The notes beneath the pieces are model-generated. The model was not told the DNA's origin. It saw only the letters and a list, made by a program, of their open reading frames with translations, and ran no database searches. This document shows positions 19,590-28,961 of a stretch of 64,000 bases of DNA, in pieces. The translations under genes were made by a program, and so were the position numbers. Location of the stretch: positions 1,192-65,191 of the forward strand of contig JAOAAX010000009.1 of assembly GCA_026418675.1 (NCBI GenBank), given 5' to 3'. Position 1 is the stretch's first letter. Each line of letters opens with the position of its first letter. The DNA comes from Chthoniobacterales bacterium. GTDB lineage: Bacteria; Verrucomicrobiota; Verrucomicrobiia; Chthoniobacterales; DYNR01.

Positions 19590-21119
19590 TCAGTATGCTT
19601 TTGCCCAGAGCACCCTGCCCCTACTTGGTTCACCTGTGAAGATGCACTTGCCAGGTTCCGGTATTAGATCAAAAGGAATACAACGAATTGTAACCTTTAG
19701 GTCATTTTTTATCTGGGTTTCAACATTTACACTTCCATTCCAGTGAGCTAAAGCGAAGCCTCCATGAATTTCTGGTTTTTCGGAATTTAGAGGCGTAAAG
19801 AAGTCATAAAAGTCTTTTTTATTCTCAATAATATGAGTATGTTTGCACCGAAACTCTTGAGCACGTTGAAGCATTCCCTGCTGCATTTCCGAAAGAATCT
19901 CGCAAACTCGCTGAGGAAGGTTTTGGATTAATACAGCTTCTTTTTTCCGATGTGGTCTATCTCTTCGGTAAAGAGTTACAGAGAGGTTTTCAAGATCACG
20001 GGGTCCAATTTCAATTCGAATCGGAATACCTTTTTTTATCCATTCCCAATTTTTGTTGCCTCCACCAATATCCCTCGTATCAAATTCGACTGATATTTTC
20101 TGACCCTCCCAATAGGTTTCCCGAAGGGAGTTTGCAAGGCGTTCAGCATATTCTAAAACCTGACTCCGACAATTTTCCTTTGTAAGGATTGGCAGAAAAA
20201 CAACTTGAGACGGAGAAATTCGCGGAGGGAGAACAAGGCCATCATCATCAGAATGAGTCATAATCAAGGTGCCAACGAGACGCGTGCTAACACCCCAACT
20301 TGTTGTCCAGGCATATTCCAATTTTCCCTCCCGGGATTGAAAGCGAATCCCCGATGCCTTTGCAAAATTTTGACCGAGAAAATGGGATGTGCCAGCTTGA
20401 ATAGCTTTACGGTCCTGCACCATTGCTTCGATACAAAGGGTGCGGACGGCACCAGGGAAACGTTCTGATTCCGTTTTCTCCCCTTTTATTACTGGAATAG
20501 CTAAGTAATCTCTTGCAAATCGTTCGTAAACACCAAGCATCCGCACAGTTTCTTCCCAAGCTTCTTGCTCTGTTTCGTGAGCAGTGTGGCCCTCCTGCCA
20601 AAGAAATTCTGCTGTTCGCAGGAATAGCCTTGGGCGCATTTCCCAACGAACTACATTCGCCCACTGGTTAATTAAAATTGGGAGGTCACGGTAACTGTTA
20701 ATCCAACGAGCGTAGGCTGCTCCGATGATTGTTTCGGATGTTGGACGGACGACTAAAGGCTCTGACAACTCTCCCGCTGGGACCAATTTCCCATCTCGCA
20801 CCTCTAATCGATGATGGGTAACAACGGCGCACTCTTTGGCAAACCCCTCAACGTGTTCCGCCTCCTTCTGAAGATAGCTAAGAGGGATAAAAAGAGGGAA
20901 ATAAGCGTTGCGGTGCCCTGTTGCTTTAAACATTCCATCTAGGATTAATTGTATCCGCTCCCAGATTGCCCAACCCCAGGGTTTAATAACCATACAGCCT
21001 CGGACTTCTGAATTTTCTGCAAGATCGGCAGCACGAATAACTTGCTGATACCACTCTGGGAAGTCTTCCTCACGGCAAGGAGAAATCGCGTTTTCCTCTT
21101 TTTGGGACATACAAATCAA
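19590..21119 (-). CDS. proS: Prolyl-tRNA synthetase (archaeal/eukaryote-like class II type)
   Basis: About 500 aa with FPEWYQQVIRAADLAE...GCMVIKPWGWAIWE...FRTAEFLWQEGHTAH...C-terminal zinc-like domain, typical of the short ProRS lacking an INS domain. Confidence 0.92.
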   Translation of the reverse strand: MICMSQKEENAISPCREEDFPEWYQQVIRAADLAENSEVRGCMVIKPWGWAIWERIQLILDGMFKATGHRNAYFPLFIPLSYLQKEAEHVEGFAKECAVVTHHRLEVRDGKLVPAGELSEPLVVRPTSETIIGAAYARWINSYRDLPILINQWANVVRWEMRPRLFLRTAEFLWQEGHTAHETEQEAWEETVRMLGVYERFARDYLAIPVIKGEKTESERFPGAVRTLCIEAMVQDRKAIQAGTSHFLGQNFAKASGIRFQSREGKLEYAWTTSWGVSTRLVGTLIMTHSDDDGLVLPPRISPSQVVFLPILTKENCRSQVLEYAERLANSLRETYWEGQKISVEFDTRDIGGGNKNWEWIKKGIPIRIEIGPRDLENLSVTLYRRDRPHRKKEAVLIQNLPQRVCEILSEMQQGMLQRAQEFRCKHTHIIENKKDFYDFFTPLNSEKPEIHGGFALAHWNGSVNVETQIKNDLKVTIRCIPFDLIPEPGKCIFTGEPSRGRVLWAKAY

Positions 21120-21196
21120 TTAAAAAGATTAGCGGAAAAATGTGGAGCAAATTAGCTGTTATTTATAAAAAATTCAAGACACTAACTCAAAAAAGC

Positions 21197-21228
21197 AAAA
21201 AAATCGCCCTCCTTTGAAGGAGGGCGAT
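21197..21228 (-). terminator. Rho-independent terminator after the flagellin gene
   Basis: Minus strand has a 9-bp stem TCGCCCTCC/GGAGGGCGA with a 6-nt loop, followed by TTTTTTT. It lies about 35 nt after the fliC stop. Confidence 0.78.
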
Positions 21229-21264
21229 TCTGAGCAGCTAAGCTGCAGGGAAGTGTTAGCTGAT

Positions 21265-22089
21265 CTAAGCGAGCAACCGCAGAACTGATTGTGCGCTTTG
21301 GTTGGCCTGGGCAAGCATTGCGGTTCCGGCTTGCTGGAGAATATTGTAACGGGCGAGCTGTGTGCTCTCAGAAGCAACATCCACGTCAATGATGCGGCCA
21401 TTTGCTGCTTCGAGATTATTCTTGTTAGTTATTAACTGCTCCATCGCGAAAGCAATTCGACTTGATTCTGCACCGTTTTGGGCCCGCATCGTTGCGAGAT
21501 TTTGCAATGCTGTGTTAATGACAGACACTGCGGCCTGAGCAGCAGTAACTGAGCTTATCACAACTGAGGTGCTTGCAGCACTACCAACACCACTAGTGGT
21601 GCTGGTAAAGTTAGCAATTGTAATTCCTGTAGTTATTGATGAATCTTCATTCGTATAAACAGTTGTTGTGCTTCCAGTGCCAAAGAGACTCACTCCATTG
21701 AATTTTTCACTAGCAAGGTTTGTCAACTGTGTTTGCAACTGTGCAAACTCAGTCTGGTAATTCGACAAATCACTACTGGATTTCGTTACGTCTTGAGCCA
21801 AAGTTGAAAGCTCAGCCATCCGAGTGAGGATTTTGTAAGCCGTGTTAAATGCACCATCCTGCGTCTTAAGGAAGGATTGTGCGTTTTGAAGATTGATATT
21901 TGTAGCCTCCGTCCTCCGGATAGCTGCACTCATTTTCATAGAAACTGCCAAACCACCCGCATCATCGGATGAGCTGACAATTCGCATGCCGCTTGATAAG
22001 CGCTGCAAACTGCGTTGCAACAGAGCATTTGTTGCATTAAGATTTGTTGCTGCAGCTGACGCAGCAGGATTAGTGTTAATTGATAGCAT
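21265..22089 (-). CDS. fliC: Flagellin (short, 274 aa)
   Basis: N-terminal MLSINTNPAASAAATNL...LQRLSSGMRI.SSSDDAGGLAVS and C-terminal ESTQLARYNILQQAGTAMLAQANQSAQSVLRLL conserved D0/D1 segments. Confidence 0.9.
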   Translation of the reverse strand: MLSINTNPAASAAATNLNATNALLQRSLQRLSSGMRIVSSSDDAGGLAVSMKMSAAIRRTEATNINLQNAQSFLKTQDGAFNTAYKILTRMAELSTLAQDVTKSSSDLSNYQTEFAQLQTQLTNLASEKFNGVSLFGTGSTTTVYTNEDSSITTGITIANFTSTTSGVGSAASTSVVISSVTAAQAAVSVINTALQNLATMRAQNGAESSRIAFAMEQLITNKNNLEAANGRIIDVDVASESTQLARYNILQQAGTAMLAQANQSAQSVLRLLA

Positions 22090-22187
22090 AACTTTTCTCC
22101 TTGTTGGTTGTTGCGGACTCCGCGCCGCTCGCGAACTGATATTTAAGCGTCAGTTACGCTTTCGAGTGATTGTCTCGTTATTTCAAT

Positions 22188-22214
22188 ATATCGCAATTAG
22201 AAAATTTGTCTTTA
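22188..22214 (-). promoter_or_regulatory. Candidate sigma-28 (FliA) promoter for the flagellin gene
   Basis: Minus strand reads TAAA-N15-TGCGATAT (consensus TAAA-N15-GCCGATAA; CGATA core conserved, 5/8 in the -10 element). It is about 100 nt upstream of the fliC ATG. The -35 overlaps the cinA stop codon. Confidence 0.38.
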
Positions 22215-23453
22215 ACTTTTTTTTACTTTTTTCAAAACTTTTTGCAACAAATTCAGAGCAGTTTGTGAAATAGCAAATTTGAATGCTTCGCGAGTCGTTG
22301 GTAGATATACCGAGAGACAAACAGTTGGTTTACCGTTAGCAGCAACTGCAATGAAGCACGTTCCTACTGGTTTTTGAGGAGTTCCCCCAGAAGGGCCGGC
22401 AATTCCTGTCGTTGCAATCGCAAAGTCAGATTTAGTGAGTTTACGAATACCCTCCGCCATGGCTTTTGCAACTTCCTGGCTAACAGCTCCATGCGAGGCG
22501 ATCAACTCTACGGGAACCCCTAATAAATTGCTTTTAGCTTCATTCGAATAAGCAACGACACCGCAAACAAAAACTTCACTAGCTCCCGAAACATCTGTCA
22601 AACGACTGGCAATAAGTCCACCTGTGCACGATTCCGCCACTGAAATTTTTAAACGCTCCTGACGGAGTTCTTTTATTACAACTTCCTCCAATTTAAGACC
22701 ATCTTCGCAGGCGAGATGATCCCCTAGTGTGTTTCTTATCTTTGCATCCCAACTCTCCAGAACGTTTTTTTTGCCTATTAACCGCAGGTCCACCTCATTA
22801 GGACGAGCGCAGTAGCCAACTTCAATATCACTGTTGGCTTCAATTTCTCGTCCGATCAATTCTTCGATGGCAGATTCACCAAGACCAACAACTGTGTAAA
22901 TTTTTTCGATAATTTGGTCATCTTTTTTTGGAAAATACTCCTTTATTAAAGGGACAACATAGTCCAAAAACATGGGCTGAAGCTCACGTGGAGGTCCTGG
23001 AAGGAGAAAAACCCAATACCCCTGTCCAATTTTTTGTGCAATGCCCGGCGCAGTGCCAAAATTATTTTCTAGCAGTAAAGCACCTGGGGGGTGAAGGGCT
23101 TGTTTTCTCATCGAAGGAATAAAACTTCTCTTCCGTTCTTGCAGGCGCTTGCGAATCGCTTCGATAGCTACAGAGCTTTCAACTAACTGCGTGCCGAGCA
23201 CTTCCGCAAGCGACTCTCTAGTTAAATCATCGGAAGTTGGACCGAGCCCTCCACTGACTAAAACTATCTCTGGCTTTCTCGCCAAAGCTTCCTGCAGGGC
23301 AAATTTTATAGGCTCACCATCAGGAACAATCGTAAAACGACCCACGCGAAAACCTAAGGGAAAGAGTTGCCTTGCCAGCCATGGGAGATGTCTATCTACG
23401 GTATGCCCCAACAACAGTTCAGTCCCCGTGCAGAGTATTTCCGCAATACGCAT
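22212..23453 (-). CDS. cinA: CinA-family protein (MoCF-like domain plus nicotinamide-nucleotide amidase PncC domain)
   Basis: MRIAEILCTGTELLLG...GGLGPTSDDLT N-domain and ESCTGGLIASRLTDVSGAS C-domain. ATG at 23453 has an AAGGAG RBS; ORF track extends to 23489. Confidence 0.9.
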   Translation of the reverse strand: MRIAEILCTGTELLLGHTVDRHLPWLARQLFPLGFRVGRFTIVPDGEPIKFALQEALARKPEIVLVSGGLGPTSDDLTRESLAEVLGTQLVESSVAIEAIRKRLQERKRSFIPSMRKQALHPPGALLLENNFGTAPGIAQKIGQGYWVFLLPGPPRELQPMFLDYVVPLIKEYFPKKDDQIIEKIYTVVGLGESAIEELIGREIEANSDIEVGYCARPNEVDLRLIGKKNVLESWDAKIRNTLGDHLACEDGLKLEEVVIKELRQERLKISVAESCTGGLIASRLTDVSGASEVFVCGVVAYSNEAKSNLLGVPVELIASHGAVSQEVAKAMAEGIRKLTKSDFAIATTGIAGPSGGTPQKPVGTCFIAVAANGKPTVCLSVYLPTTREAFKFAISQTALNLLQKVLKKVKKS

Positions 23454-23464
23454 ACTCCTTAGAT

Positions 23465-24289
23465 TTACCTCTGCAAAGCAACAAGCCATGCAGTAACTTT
23501 GGATAACATATTAAAATTGCTTTGCTTGGAGTAAACAAAGTGAAGGTTAGTTAATATACGACGCAAAGTTTTCAACGGTGTAGCGATCGAAAAACAATCT
23601 TGTGTTGGTAAAATTCCCTGGCCCAGCAATATTTGGATACAATCATCCATTGATAAAATCCGACAACTATGATAGGGGTCAAAAAATATGTCACTATGGC
23701 AGGCGATGAAATGACCTGGCAAATTTACACCAACGACATTTATTCCAGCCCTATGAGAGAGGAAAATGACAAGACAAGTCAGTGTAATTGGAAGGCCTTT
23801 ACGGGTTTGAATAACATCCGCAAGTAAGGAATTTGATGGATTGTAATAATCATTTAAGTTTCCTTGAAAACCTAATTCCTTGTGAAAATAGTTTCCTAGT
23901 ATAGCAATTCTTTTTCTTGCATCCTGGACATAAGAAATTCTCAGTAAAAGATCATGTCCCCAGCGATTCAGTAAGTTTTTTGCAGATTCGACATCTGCAT
24001 CGGGGTTGATTGCTTTATTGAGTAACCAACAAGCATCTTCAAGGTTACCATCTTCAGAAAAAAAACGGCACAAGAGTTCAAAGTCATTTTCGAGGCCACG
24101 ACGATTTAATTCGCGGAGGAGGCATTTTGCGGATTGGGAAATTTTAGGATTTTTCCTGCGCGAAAGAGCTTCTAATTTGCTATGCCATTGCTCTGGTTGC
24201 TCTGCCATCTGATCACACAAAAGCTGGAGAGTATGAGGATCGTCATCTTCCAATAGCTTTGCCAGAGTGCTTGTAGAACATTTTTGCAT
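23465..24289 (-). CDS. Transglutaminase-like/SirB1-family protein
   Basis: GLPITLTCLVIFLSHRAGINVVGVNLPGHFIACH...FFDPYH resembles the transglutaminase-core-2 (SirB1 N-terminal) family. Called by pattern recall only. Confidence 0.55.
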   Translation of the reverse strand: MQKCSTSTLAKLLEDDDPHTLQLLCDQMAEQPEQWHSKLEALSRRKNPKISQSAKCLLRELNRRGLENDFELLCRFFSEDGNLEDACWLLNKAINPDADVESAKNLLNRWGHDLLLRISYVQDARKRIAILGNYFHKELGFQGNLNDYYNPSNSLLADVIQTRKGLPITLTCLVIFLSHRAGINVVGVNLPGHFIACHSDIFFDPYHSCRILSMDDCIQILLGQGILPTQDCFSIATPLKTLRRILTNLHFVYSKQSNFNMLSKVTAWLVALQR

Positions 24290-24401
24290 TTAATGAACTC
24301 AATAAAATTCGGAAATCAGGCTGTGCAAGTTGGTTGATAAATACTTCAAAAAAAGTCTTTTTTATCTAATATAATCAGAAAAAATTATTAGCAAAAAATT
24401 A

Positions 24402-25313
24402 TTAAAGAATGCCTGCGCCGCGATAACCCAGGGAGTCAAAATGGACTTCTTTGAATCCGTAATTAAGGAGTTCTTGTTCGATTAATCTAGTAAACTCTTG
24501 AAGTTTTGGCAGCTCTTGGGGAGATACTTGGACCAAAGCAAAGGGATAATTAGTTTTGTAATTATAACGGACCCGGACAATCCGGAATCCGAGGGATCGA
24601 AGAAAAAGCTCGGATTTTTCGATTAAGGCTAATGCTTCGGCAGTTACGGGTGTGCCATGTAGAATCCGGGAACTTAGGCATGGTTCTGCAGGGAGGGAAG
24701 CAACAGGCAAATTAAGGAAATTTGCAAGTAAGCGTATTTGAGCTTTGTGCAAGCCAGCCTGCCGAAGTGGAGCAATAACCTTCAATTCCTCGGCTGCTTT
24801 TGAACCAGGGCGATCTGAGGGGGAGTCATCAGCATTTTCCCCGTAGGCAAGAGTCTGAAAATTTTTCTTCTGTGCAAGTTCTTGCATTTTTTTAAATAAC
24901 TCAAGCTTGCAGTAGTAACAGCGATTTGGGGGATTTTTCGCATAGAGAGGGTCGGAAATTTCATTCGTCAAAATAACCTCTACGCAAGCCCCGATGTCGT
25001 ATGCAAATTGCAAGGCACGGTTTAAGTTGGCACGAGGTAAGCTTGGACTGTCGGCGATAATACCTAGGTATTTTACTCCAGGAGTCAGGGCAGCAATTGC
25101 CAGGAGGGTAGAACTGTCAACACCACCTGAGTAAGCAATGAGAACTGGAGAAGATTGGAACAGGATTTGGCTTACACAAAGGAAAGGAGTGCGTAGTTGG
25201 TCTGGAAGGGAATTTACGAAATTTTGAAATTTTTCGTTGGGTAGTGGGATATGAGAACAAGAATTCGAAATTGCTGTCATTTTAGTTGGAGCTAAGCTAG
25301 GACGAACAATCAA
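24402..25313 (-). CDS. larE: PP-loop ATP-utilising enzyme of the LarE/TIGR00268 family (sulfur transferase-like)
   Basis: PP-loop IAYSGGVDSSTLL and NRCYYCK motifs. Start uncertain (M1 or M12). Confidence 0.72.
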   Translation of the reverse strand: MIVRPSLAPTKMTAISNSCSHIPLPNEKFQNFVNSLPDQLRTPFLCVSQILFQSSPVLIAYSGGVDSSTLLAIAALTPGVKYLGIIADSPSLPRANLNRALQFAYDIGACVEVILTNEISDPLYAKNPPNRCYYCKLELFKKMQELAQKKNFQTLAYGENADDSPSDRPGSKAAEELKVIAPLRQAGLHKAQIRLLANFLNLPVASLPAEPCLSSRILHGTPVTAEALALIEKSELFLRSLGFRIVRVRYNYKTNYPFALVQVSPQELPKLQEFTRLIEQELLNYGFKEVHFDSLGYRGAGIL

Positions 25314-26175
25314 GCCCTAACCTCGCAAGAAGCTGATGTGGGGAAAGAGATAAACCAATAAAAAATTCGCCAAAATCAGCGTAAAGAGCACTGGCAGGGT
25401 CAAAACGCATTTCGTAAACGATAGCTTTAATATCAGTGGTAGATTTAGCAAAAAGTGTTACTGCCCACTCCATGTCATCAAGTCCCGTCGAACCAGTTAT
25501 CAATTGTAAAACCCGGCCAGAATACTTACGTCCAACATTCCCATGACCTCGCATGAATTCCTTGCGTTTTTCGAAAGGCAAGGAAAACCAATTTTGACCA
25601 GGAATACGAAGTTTCCCCATAGGGTAGAAACATGCTACTGGCCAATCCGGCAAACGGGGGTAGAGACGATCACGCTCATATTTAGACATGCGGGTTTTGA
25701 ATTCTGCCATTTTTTGTTGAAATACCTGAGAATCGGGTTGGAGACCTTCTTGATTCTGGAGAGTTTGAGCAAATTCCGACTCTGTCGTCGTATATTCACT
25801 TAGTTCTGTTACAGAAAGGTAACCAATAATCAATTGAGGAGAAGTTAGCGCAAGAGATCGGATAAGACGCTTAGCCGAACTATCTGCAAAGTGTAAATCG
25901 GGGGTAAGCAGCATAAAACCGAAGTCTGCTTTTGGATTTGCACAACTCCAGAGGAACAATTGTGTATCTGGAGCAGAGCGAATGGCATGTATTTCGGATT
26001 CAAAAAGGTTCGTTGTATCTTTTTTTTGCTGAGGACTAAGAGATGAAATGCGAATTGCGTCAACTTTATAGAAAGCATGAATAACGTGGAGTCCTTGGTC
26101 AGGAATTAATGGTGGTGGTGAGTTAAAGATTTTCTCCTCTGAGAGTTGCTGAGTTTTCTGTTCTTTCTTTTGCAT
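25297..26175 (-). CDS. hemQ: Chlorite dismutase-family haem protein (HemQ/coproheme decarboxylase-like)
   Basis: FYPMGKLR...NWFSLPFEKRKEFMRGHGNVGRKYSGRVLQLITGSTGLDDMEWAVTLFA...YEMRFDPASALYADFGEFFIG. ATG at 26175 is the likely start; ORF track extends to 26292. Confidence 0.75.
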   Translation of the reverse strand: MQKKEQKTQQLSEEKIFNSPPPLIPDQGLHVIHAFYKVDAIRISSLSPQQKKDTTNLFESEIHAIRSAPDTQLFLWSCANPKADFGFMLLTPDLHFADSSAKRLIRSLALTSPQLIIGYLSVTELSEYTTTESEFAQTLQNQEGLQPDSQVFQQKMAEFKTRMSKYERDRLYPRLPDWPVACFYPMGKLRIPGQNWFSLPFEKRKEFMRGHGNVGRKYSGRVLQLITGSTGLDDMEWAVTLFAKSTTDIKAIVYEMRFDPASALYADFGEFFIGLSLSPHQLLARLGLDCSS

Positions 26176-26281
26176 GATGTAGGAAAAGGAAGATGTGGGA
26201 ACTAAAATCGTGATAGAAGAAAAAACAATTGCAATTCTTCGTGAAGAAGGCAAATTGGGGGCTGCAAACAATACTTCCCCT

Positions 26282-26515
26282 ATGGCTGACAAAGCGAATA
26301 AATACCCTGAGAATGTGCCTGGTCCATTTTATGTGGACGACCAATGCATAGACTGCGACTTGTGCCGCGAAACAGCTCCAGCAAATTTTAAACGCAATGA
26401 TGAAGGCGGCCACTCCTACGTTTACAAGCAACCCGAAACTCCAGAAGAAGAGCAGCAGTGCCGTGAGGCAATGGAAGGTTGCCCAGTGGAGGCAATTGGG
26501 TGCGACGGGGATTAA
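26282..26515 (+). CDS. Small single-cluster ferredoxin
   Basis: PGPFYVDDQCIDCDLCRETAP...GCPVEAI. ATG at 26282 is the likely start; ORF track starts at 26195. Confidence 0.8.
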   Translation: MADKANKYPENVPGPFYVDDQCIDCDLCRETAPANFKRNDEGGHSYVYKQPETPEEEQQCREAMEGCPVEAIGCDGD

Positions 26516-26542
26516 ATAAGATCCTAAGATTCATTTATTTCA

Positions 26543-26572
26543 CTTGCACTAAATAATTAGTGCAGGTTTATT
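26543..26572 (+). terminator. Candidate terminator after the ferredoxin gene
   Basis: CTTGCACTA-AATAAT-TAGTGCAGG hairpin (8/9 bp) followed by TTTATT. Confidence 0.45.
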
Positions 26573-26580
26573 GGATAACA

Positions 26581-26589
26581 GGGGGGGGG
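26581..26589 (+). repeat. G9 homopolymer tract in the RBS/5' region of the DUF721 gene
   Basis: Nine consecutive G in an otherwise AT-rich region. It lies 6 nt upstream of the in-frame GTG at 26596. Confidence 0.9.
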
Positions 26590-26595
26590 AAAGGA

Positions 26596-26955
26596 GTGGA
26601 AGAAAGCATACGTTTGAAGTTGCTAGAGGAGTTGCGCGGACTCCCGCAAAACATTACTCCTCCATTTTTACCGAAAAAGATTGGAGATGTTCTTCCCTCA
26701 ATTTTTGAGGAATTTGGGTTGCAAAATAGAGCTTCTGAAGAGCAAATGCGGCAGGAATGGAGGGAAATCGTTGGAGAATTTCTAGCAAGGCACTCCTTTC
26801 CCGAAAGCTTACAAGGAGGTTGTTTAGTTGTGCGAGTATTGCAACCTTCAATTCGCTACGAATTGGAAGTAAATATGAAGAAGCAAATTTTGGCGAAACT
26901 ACAGGGAATGTGTGGATATAAAAAAATCTCGGATTTAAAATTTTTACCCGGATAA
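26596..26955 (+). CDS. DUF721/DciA-like protein
   Basis: WREIVGEFLARHSFPESLQGGCLVVRVLQPSIRYELEVNMKKQILAKLQ matches the DUF721 pattern. Start uncertain: ORF track GTG 26560 lies inside the upstream hairpin, so GTG 26596 is preferred. Confidence 0.6.
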   Translation: MEESIRLKLLEELRGLPQNITPPFLPKKIGDVLPSIFEEFGLQNRASEEQMRQEWREIVGEFLARHSFPESLQGGCLVVRVLQPSIRYELEVNMKKQILAKLQGMCGYKKISDLKFLPG

Positions 26956-26999
26956 AGCCTGATTAAAACTTTCAGGTTTTTACTAAAAAAATTAAATTA

Positions 27000-28850
27000 T
27001 TATTCGACAGTCACGCTTTTTGCTAAGTTTCTTGGTTTATCAACATCGCAACCAATTTCAACAGCAATATGATAGGCAAAGAGTTGAAGGGGTATTACTG
27101 TTAAAATTGGCATAAGATACTCGGGAGCTGGAGGGACGAAAAATATCTCATCAGCTATGCCATTGAGACGGTCGCAGCCCTCGGTAGTAACAGCAATGAC
27201 AGTTCCGTTCCGAGCTTTTATTTCCTCGATAGTATTTAAATTTTTTTCAAAAACAGAATCTTCGGGCGCTATTATGACAGATGGAATATTTTCTTTGATG
27301 AGAGCAATTATGCCGTGTTTGAGTTCTGCACTAGGATGACCGGAGGCCGGGATGTAAGAGATTTCTTTAAGTTTCAGCGCACCTTCTAATGCAATAGGGT
27401 AATTAAATTGGCGTCCAAAGAAGAGGAAATAAGGAGCACGAGCAAACTTTTTTGCAACAGCAGAAATATAATCAGAATTTTCGAGCACCAACTCCACTTT
27501 TTCTGGTAAAGCTTCGATTTCGCTAAGTATTTCAAGACCTTGAGAATGGGAAAGGTTGCGCATTCTGCCCATAAGAAGTGCGATGAGTGAGAGAACCAAA
27601 ATTTGAGAAGTAAAGGACTTTGTTGCAGCTACACCGATTTCTGGACCGGCATGCATATAGACACCACCGTCGCTTTCCCTAGCAATCGTGCTACCAACGT
27701 TGTTGCAAATGCCAAGGGCGCGGTGGCCCTTGCGCTTACATTCACGAAGTGCAGCTAAAGTATCAGCAGTTTCTCCACTTTGGCTAATGGCAAAAACGAG
27801 CGTATCTTTCGGCAGAGGTAAATTGCGGTAGCGCAGCTCACTGGCATATTCACATTCGGTTGGAATTTGAGCTAAGGTTTCGAGAATGTATTCACCAACT
27901 AAGGCGGCATGGAAAGCAGTGCCACAACCACAAAGGACAATTCGCTCGATTGCACGGAGTTCTGCGTTGGACATATTCAGTCCGCCAAGTTTTGCTGATG
28001 CTTCCTCATGGGATAAGCGCCCACGCATGGTCTCTCGAAGACTCGTTGGTTGCTCATAGATTTCTTTGAGCATAAAGTGAGGATAAGGTCCGAGCTCGAC
28101 TGCCTCTGCATCGAAGTCAACAGAGTGGATTTCAACGCTGCCCCCAGTGCTGCCAGTTAGTGAGAAAATTTCAAAACCTTCAGCAGTTATTTCAGCAATC
28201 TCATTATCCTTAAAATAAACGACTTCTCGTGTATGGCCGACAATAGCGGTAACGTCACTTGCAAGGAAGTGTTCGCCACTACCAATTCCAAGGACTAACG
28301 GACTGCCCCGCCTCGCCCCAATCAGAAAACCAGGAAGCTTACAATGGATAACCGCAATTCCAAAGGTGCCTTTGACACGTCGCAAAGATCGCTCAACCGC
28401 TAGGCGAAAAGATTCAGGAGTGATTGGTCCGTTTTTTTGTATTTCCAAGCCAATAAGGCAGGCAAGAACCTCAGTATCGGTTTGTGAACGAAAATTGATC
28501 CCTGCCCGACTGAGTTCGGTGCGCAGTTCGCGATAGTTTTCTAGCACACCGTTGTGGACAAGAGCTAAGGATTCTGAGGCATCGAGGTGCGGATGGGCAT
28601 TCTCTTCCGTAACAGCACCGTGGGTTGCCCAACGTGTGTGGCTAATACCGGTGGAACCATGAACAGGTTCAACAGAGAGAAGCTCATAAAGATTTTCAAT
28701 CCGGCCAACGCGACGGCGACGCTGAATGATACCTCCATCCAGAACGGCAAGGCCAGCAGAGTCATAGCCACGATACTCAAGCCTCCGAAGGCCCTCTAGG
28801 AGAATCGGCGCAGCCTCGTTTTTACCTACATAGCCAATAATTCCACACAT
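27000..28850 (-). CDS. glmS: Glutamine--fructose-6-phosphate aminotransferase
   Basis: MCGIIGYVG start, two SIS domains, and the C-terminal DKPRNLAKSVTVE. Confidence 0.97.
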   Translation of the reverse strand: MCGIIGYVGKNEAAPILLEGLRRLEYRGYDSAGLAVLDGGIIQRRRRVGRIENLYELLSVEPVHGSTGISHTRWATHGAVTEENAHPHLDASESLALVHNGVLENYRELRTELSRAGINFRSQTDTEVLACLIGLEIQKNGPITPESFRLAVERSLRRVKGTFGIAVIHCKLPGFLIGARRGSPLVLGIGSGEHFLASDVTAIVGHTREVVYFKDNEIAEITAEGFEIFSLTGSTGGSVEIHSVDFDAEAVELGPYPHFMLKEIYEQPTSLRETMRGRLSHEEASAKLGGLNMSNAELRAIERIVLCGCGTAFHAALVGEYILETLAQIPTECEYASELRYRNLPLPKDTLVFAISQSGETADTLAALRECKRKGHRALGICNNVGSTIARESDGGVYMHAGPEIGVAATKSFTSQILVLSLIALLMGRMRNLSHSQGLEILSEIEALPEKVELVLENSDYISAVAKKFARAPYFLFFGRQFNYPIALEGALKLKEISYIPASGHPSAELKHGIIALIKENIPSVIIAPEDSVFEKNLNTIEEIKARNGTVIAVTTEGCDRLNGIADEIFFVPPAPEYLMPILTVIPLQLFAYHIAVEIGCDVDKPRNLAKSVTVE

Positions 28851-28961
28851 AAAACAAATAGATGGGTAGTCATGTTTTCAGCTTCCAATAATATTGTAAA
28901 TTTTGTAAAGTTTGTTTATGCAGGCTTGCCGCAAAAAACGCGCCAAGTAAAATGTGGAAAA

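Noticed and set aside
19553-19609. Terminator after proS (TCTGGGCAA ... TTGCCCAGA plus T6)
   Set aside because: The 9-bp stem encloses a 32-nt loop, and half of it lies inside the proS coding end. This is too atypical to call.
19449-19667. 72-aa ORF MVRRRGIEPLTPAVSRRCSTDELTAQ...
   Set aside because: It is the antisense reading of tRNA-Val. GIEPLT is the classic translation of a T-arm.
28851-28961. glmS ribozyme upstream of glmS
   Set aside because: Only about 110 nt of AT-rich leader is available before the divergent gene. No conserved glmS ribozyme core is visible, and the ribozyme is mainly a Firmicute feature.
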